Shown here: positions 60,132 through 64,000 of the stretch, piece after piece
Layout: every line of letters begins with the position of its first letter
How positions within the stretch are numbered: the first letter of the stretch is position 1
NCBI GenBank assembly: GCA_001179505.1
Contig: CDMY01000802.1
Location: 186,001-250,000 of the forward strand
Length of the DNA: 64,000 bases
Direction: 5' to 3'
Source of the DNA: Vitrella brassicaformis CCMP3155
Lineage: Eukaryota; Protista; Chromerida
Notes under the pieces: generated by a model
Seen by the model: only the letters and a program-made list of their open reading frames with translations
The model's database searches: none
Told to the model about the DNA's origin: nothing
Program-made: the position numbers and the translations under genes

Positions 60132-61838
60132 GAGAGAGAGAGATCTGCTGTGCTATCCATTGTGTGCAGGAGGTTCCGACCTACCTGATGCCTCCCCGTC
60201 GGTGCCAGCTGTTTTGCCAGGCGCATGCCGAGTGCGAGCACTTCAGCAGCAGGTGGAACAGGTGCTCTGTGGAAGAAAGTCACCAAATGGGAGGAAGACC
60301 CGGATTTACCCGACCTTTCGGGGCCGAAGCTCTGCCCGCGGGACAAACTCAGTGAGCGAAAGGGGATGGATGTCGTGGGCGTGTTGTGTGACCATGTGTG
60401 CGTGTGCGTGTGTGTGTGTGTGTTCAGGCGAGGGCCTCTTATGCGACTCTGGTGGGCGACATAGAAGGAAGAAGAGACCACCCCTCATGTGTGTCTGTGT
60501 CTCTGTGTGTGTCGTCGGCCTGCAGCATTCTACCGTGAGCGATACACGCCCTTCTCCCTCTTCGTGCTCAAAGTCAAGAATGTCCGTGTGCCGCTTGGCG
60601 ACTCGTGCCCTCTTGAAATCAACTGGCCGTCGCTCTCATGGATGGTTGCCGCCTTCGTGCTGCTGATCGGCTGCTTCACGGTCGCCTGTGTGTCGCGCGT
60701 GTACCATGAGAAGCGGACGAGCGTCTTGGCCGTCATGATTGCCGCCGTGTCCTGCTGGGATTTCATCACTGACTGGTGCGTGAGGGCGAGGTGGGTGGGG
60801 CACACGCAGCGGAGCACTCGTGATCATCTGTGTGTGTGGGGGTTGCATTCACTGCACCAGTGCGTTTGTGGCGCGATCATATTCTGACGACGAGCGCATG
60901 ATATGGGTGTTCTGGGCGGGGAGCTTCCACCTGTTGGCCTTGGTGCTGTCCAACACGCTCACACTCATCTACATGACGCGCAGCAGAAACGAACAGGGGC
61001 ACAACTTCCGTAAGTGACCACTTATCCACCCATCCACACACATATACACAGATGGATCGACCGCTCCCTCCGTATGTGTGTGTTGAAGGTCGTTGGATGG
61101 ACAAGAACCGACACGTGAACCACGCGGGGGTGCTCTTGGTGGCGACGAGCTCATTTCTGCACCTGGGAGTGCTTCACCTGTTCGCTTCTCGGCTGTTCGG
61201 GTGGACACTGTTCTCTCTGCGCGTCAAGACCAAGTCCTTTCTCACACTGGAGGTCCTCACTCTCCTCGGTCAGCCAGCCGATTTGCAGGGCGAGGAGGGA
61301 GGGAGGGGAACAGATGAACTGACTGTAATGATTGCCATGCGTGTGTGTCGTCTCTGTGCGGTGCTACCCATTCCATTCACAGAGGATGTGCCGCAGGTGG
61401 CTTTGCAGGCCTACGTGTTGCTCAACCAGTCAGGAACAGGCAGCATCCCATCAGGTATGCCGATCGATGGACGGATGGACGGATGGATGGATGAATGGAT
61501 GAATGGACGGGCTGGACCACCCATTTCCCCAAAGCCCTGACGCACCATCCGTCATTTCTCCCTGTGTGTGTGTGTGTGTGTCAGTGACTCTGGTGTCGCT
61601 GCTGACGTCGGTCTTTCAGATCCTCAAGCTGCTGCTGTTCCTCCTCCGCTACGCCCTGCACTCGGTCCTGCCATCCGTCGCCATGAAGGACGGCAACAGC
61701 AGCAGCAGCATCAGCACCAAGCCCATCACAGGCACACCCACGGCGACCGAGCCGTCCACCTCACACGCACCTTCATCGGTGGCCTTCGTCGTCACGACAC
61801 AGACCACCAGCGGCGGCGAAAGTGACGCAGACGAGTGA
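58699..61838 (+). CDS. Signal peptide + three PAN/Apple-like domains + multi-pass membrane region (XK-related-like motifs); apparent frameshift at ~60265
   Basis: CAKACQENQDCKAWSFDW|RKGECFL, CQQACIDMIECRFFTH, CQLFCQAHAECEHFS..SGPKLC. TM region with WDFITDW and FTEDVPQVALQAYVL; stop at 61838. Confidence 0.75.
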
Positions 61839-63387
61839 CGTGACGCCTGGGGTGGTGTGTGTGGGAGGGGCGGAGTGGGACGGGACGGCTTTATTTGTGT
61901 GGTGGCTTTGTTTCGCGTGTGAGTTGTTTGTGGTCCGTCCGGAGTGACCGAACGTTCGTCCTCGTGTGGGTTTTATTTGTGTGTGGTGTTTGTGGTCGTC
62001 CGGAGTTGGCTGGCTATTGCCACGTGTCGGTTTGTGAGCGTACTCTGTGAGCTTTTGACACCTTGGTTTTGGGCTGGTGCGTTGGTTGGTTGGCTGCGTG
62101 TGTGTGTGTGTGTGTGGATATGGTGTCGCCGGCCATTTCTTTTCACTGCCGATGTGAGTGGTCGCTGTCTGTCTGTCTGTCTGTCTGTCTGTGGCTCTTG
62201 AGGTGCCATCCCTCCCTCGGTGCCTTCATTCTCTCTCCGCTGGATTGAGCTGACTCTGCAGAAGTGCATGTGTCGGTGCACACTACACTCTCGCTCTGTC
62301 TGTGTGTGTGTCCGTCTGTCTGTCTGTCTGTCTGTGGCACTGTGCGTGTTGTCGGCCGGCTGGATCATGCATTTCCCTCCCTCGCTTTGTCCGTCCGTCT
62401 GTAGTGTCTGTCGCGGTTTTGTCAAGTATATCCAGGCGTACTTGTCATGATGTGGTGCGTGTGGTAGTATAAGCGTGGATGGAATGGCTGCATTCGTGGT
62501 TGAGCCCATCGGCTGTCTTCGTGTGTGGCATGTTTATTATATGGATGGACGTGAGAGCCAGCTGAGCTGCATCGTTTGCCGTGCTTACTGGAGCAGCAGC
62601 CAGCCAGCCGTGCTTGCTGCATCGTCTGCCTGTCCGAACGAACATGTACCTTCGTGTCAGTCAGCCGGTAGGCTGATCCCTCTCTCTCTCTGTGGTGTGT
62701 GGGTGTGTGTATGCAGCGGGCAGTTAGTGCTGTCTGCTGTCCTGCCTGGGCACTGCCGCTTTTTGATGCAGTCAGTCAGTCAGTGTTTAAGATTGAGAGC
62801 CAGCCAGTGATTCCTTCCCTTCATGCTGTGGGTGCGGTGGATGGGATGTACCGTAGACTCATTCATTCGTGTGCCCTGGGTGTGTGCGAGCGCGCACCCC
62901 TGGGTGTGCAGTGCAAAAGCACCGCGTGGGCGGCTGCTGTGTCGAATCGGAGGTCTTATCGGGGACCACTTGGTTGGTTGGTTATTGTTTAGCGCTCTGC
63001 ATGCTTTGCTACATGCATGACATTGCGGGGGGGGATACCTCTGCAAGCTCTGCAAGCTAAGCGTGCAGGATCTCCGTCTTTCAGCGCCAAATCGAAAAGC
63101 CCCGATATGCTATCCGCGGTGGCTATCCGCGAATTCCGTAAACGACCATTCAACGCTCCTTCTGGGCAGCAGGGGCAGTGGCACGCGCCTGCTGATCTTT
63201 TTGGTGCCATGCACAACGGATCCAACGCCTTTGTCCAGGGCACTCATCGAGGGTGCCGATCTGACCTGATCTGACACGTCTGGGCGAGGAGAATGACAAG
63301 CATGGCGGTGGTGGTGTGTCCCTTGGTCGGCTTGTTGATCGCTGTGCTTGTGCCCCGTGCCGCCGAGTGCTATCGAATGGAGCCTGA

Positions 63388-63623
63388 CCGTGAGCAACAG
63401 GATGAGGGAGGGAGGCCGCGCTATCCATGGGCGACGCTCTCTGCTGCTGCGTGTGTGTCTGTGTGGCTTCTTCCGTTGCCTGTGTCCATCCATCAGAGGG
63501 TGAGGCCGTGAGCAACAGGATGAGGGAGGGAGGCCGCGCTATCCATGGGCGACGCTCTCTGCTGCTGCGTGTGTGTCTGTGTGGCTTCTTCCATTGCCTG
63601 TGTCCATCCATCAGAGGGTGAGG
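63388..63623 (+). repeat. 2 x 118-bp tandem duplication inside a possible signal-peptide-bearing gene start
   Basis: ccgtgagcaacaggatgagggagggaggccgcgc...catcagagggtgagg starts at 63388 and 63506, with one visible substitution. Confidence 0.9.
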
Positions 63624-64000
63624 CATCCGCGACGGCGGTCGCTCCTCCGACTGCGTGTCGCCCGACAACGTCACCGTCGCTCCCGCGCCTGGGGCTTCAT
63701 GCTATGAGTGGTAAACAGAGTGACTGACACACGGACGGGACGGGAACAGCAGGTCGGTCCTGCAAGGCAAGTTGGTCGACTGATGGCTGCACGTAGGGAT
63801 TATGACTACGAGGGGCACAATTTGACAGCCATCATCGAGCGCAAGGGGCTGGGACACATGGTCAGTCAATCAATCACTTAATTCATCACTTCACACAGGC
63901 GATTGAATCCCCCACCCACTGGACTGGATGGCTTGCCTGTCTGCCTGCCTGCCTTGTGAGTGCGGTGCAGGTTGCGCGGCCATTGTCAGTCATACTCTCG

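Overview
Intron-rich eukaryotic genomic DNA. Most introns carry (GT)n/(CA)n, (GACA)n or (GGAT)n tracts. The style and gene content suggest a chromerid alveolate such as Vitrella; this is inference, not a database result. Conserved-looking genes: TTC14-like (S1+TPR), a divergent kinesin head-to-head with a secreted trypsin-fold protease, an iron-containing alcohol dehydrogenase, AAR2, and a Patched/NPC1-type sterol transporter fused to a C-terminal START-like domain. Expanded or decaying families: four TLDc genes (one RING-TM-TLDc, two with signal peptides), two F-box/LRR-like paralogs, two CAMK-like kinase pseudogenes, one atypical signal-bearing kinase inside imperfect inverted repeats, and a PAN/Apple multi-pass membrane protein. 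The most striking structure is a 7.8-kb insertion (48784-56571, minus strand) with identical split direct repeats in the order A1-internal-B1-A2-B2. That order is the hallmark of PAT/TOC1/Ngaro-type tyrosine-recombinase retroelements. No RT or recombinase is recognisable; instead the element carries an intron-containing passenger gene in antisense and 90-, 43- and 30-bp tandem arrays. Gene models were spliced by eye, so exon boundaries and some starts are approximate.
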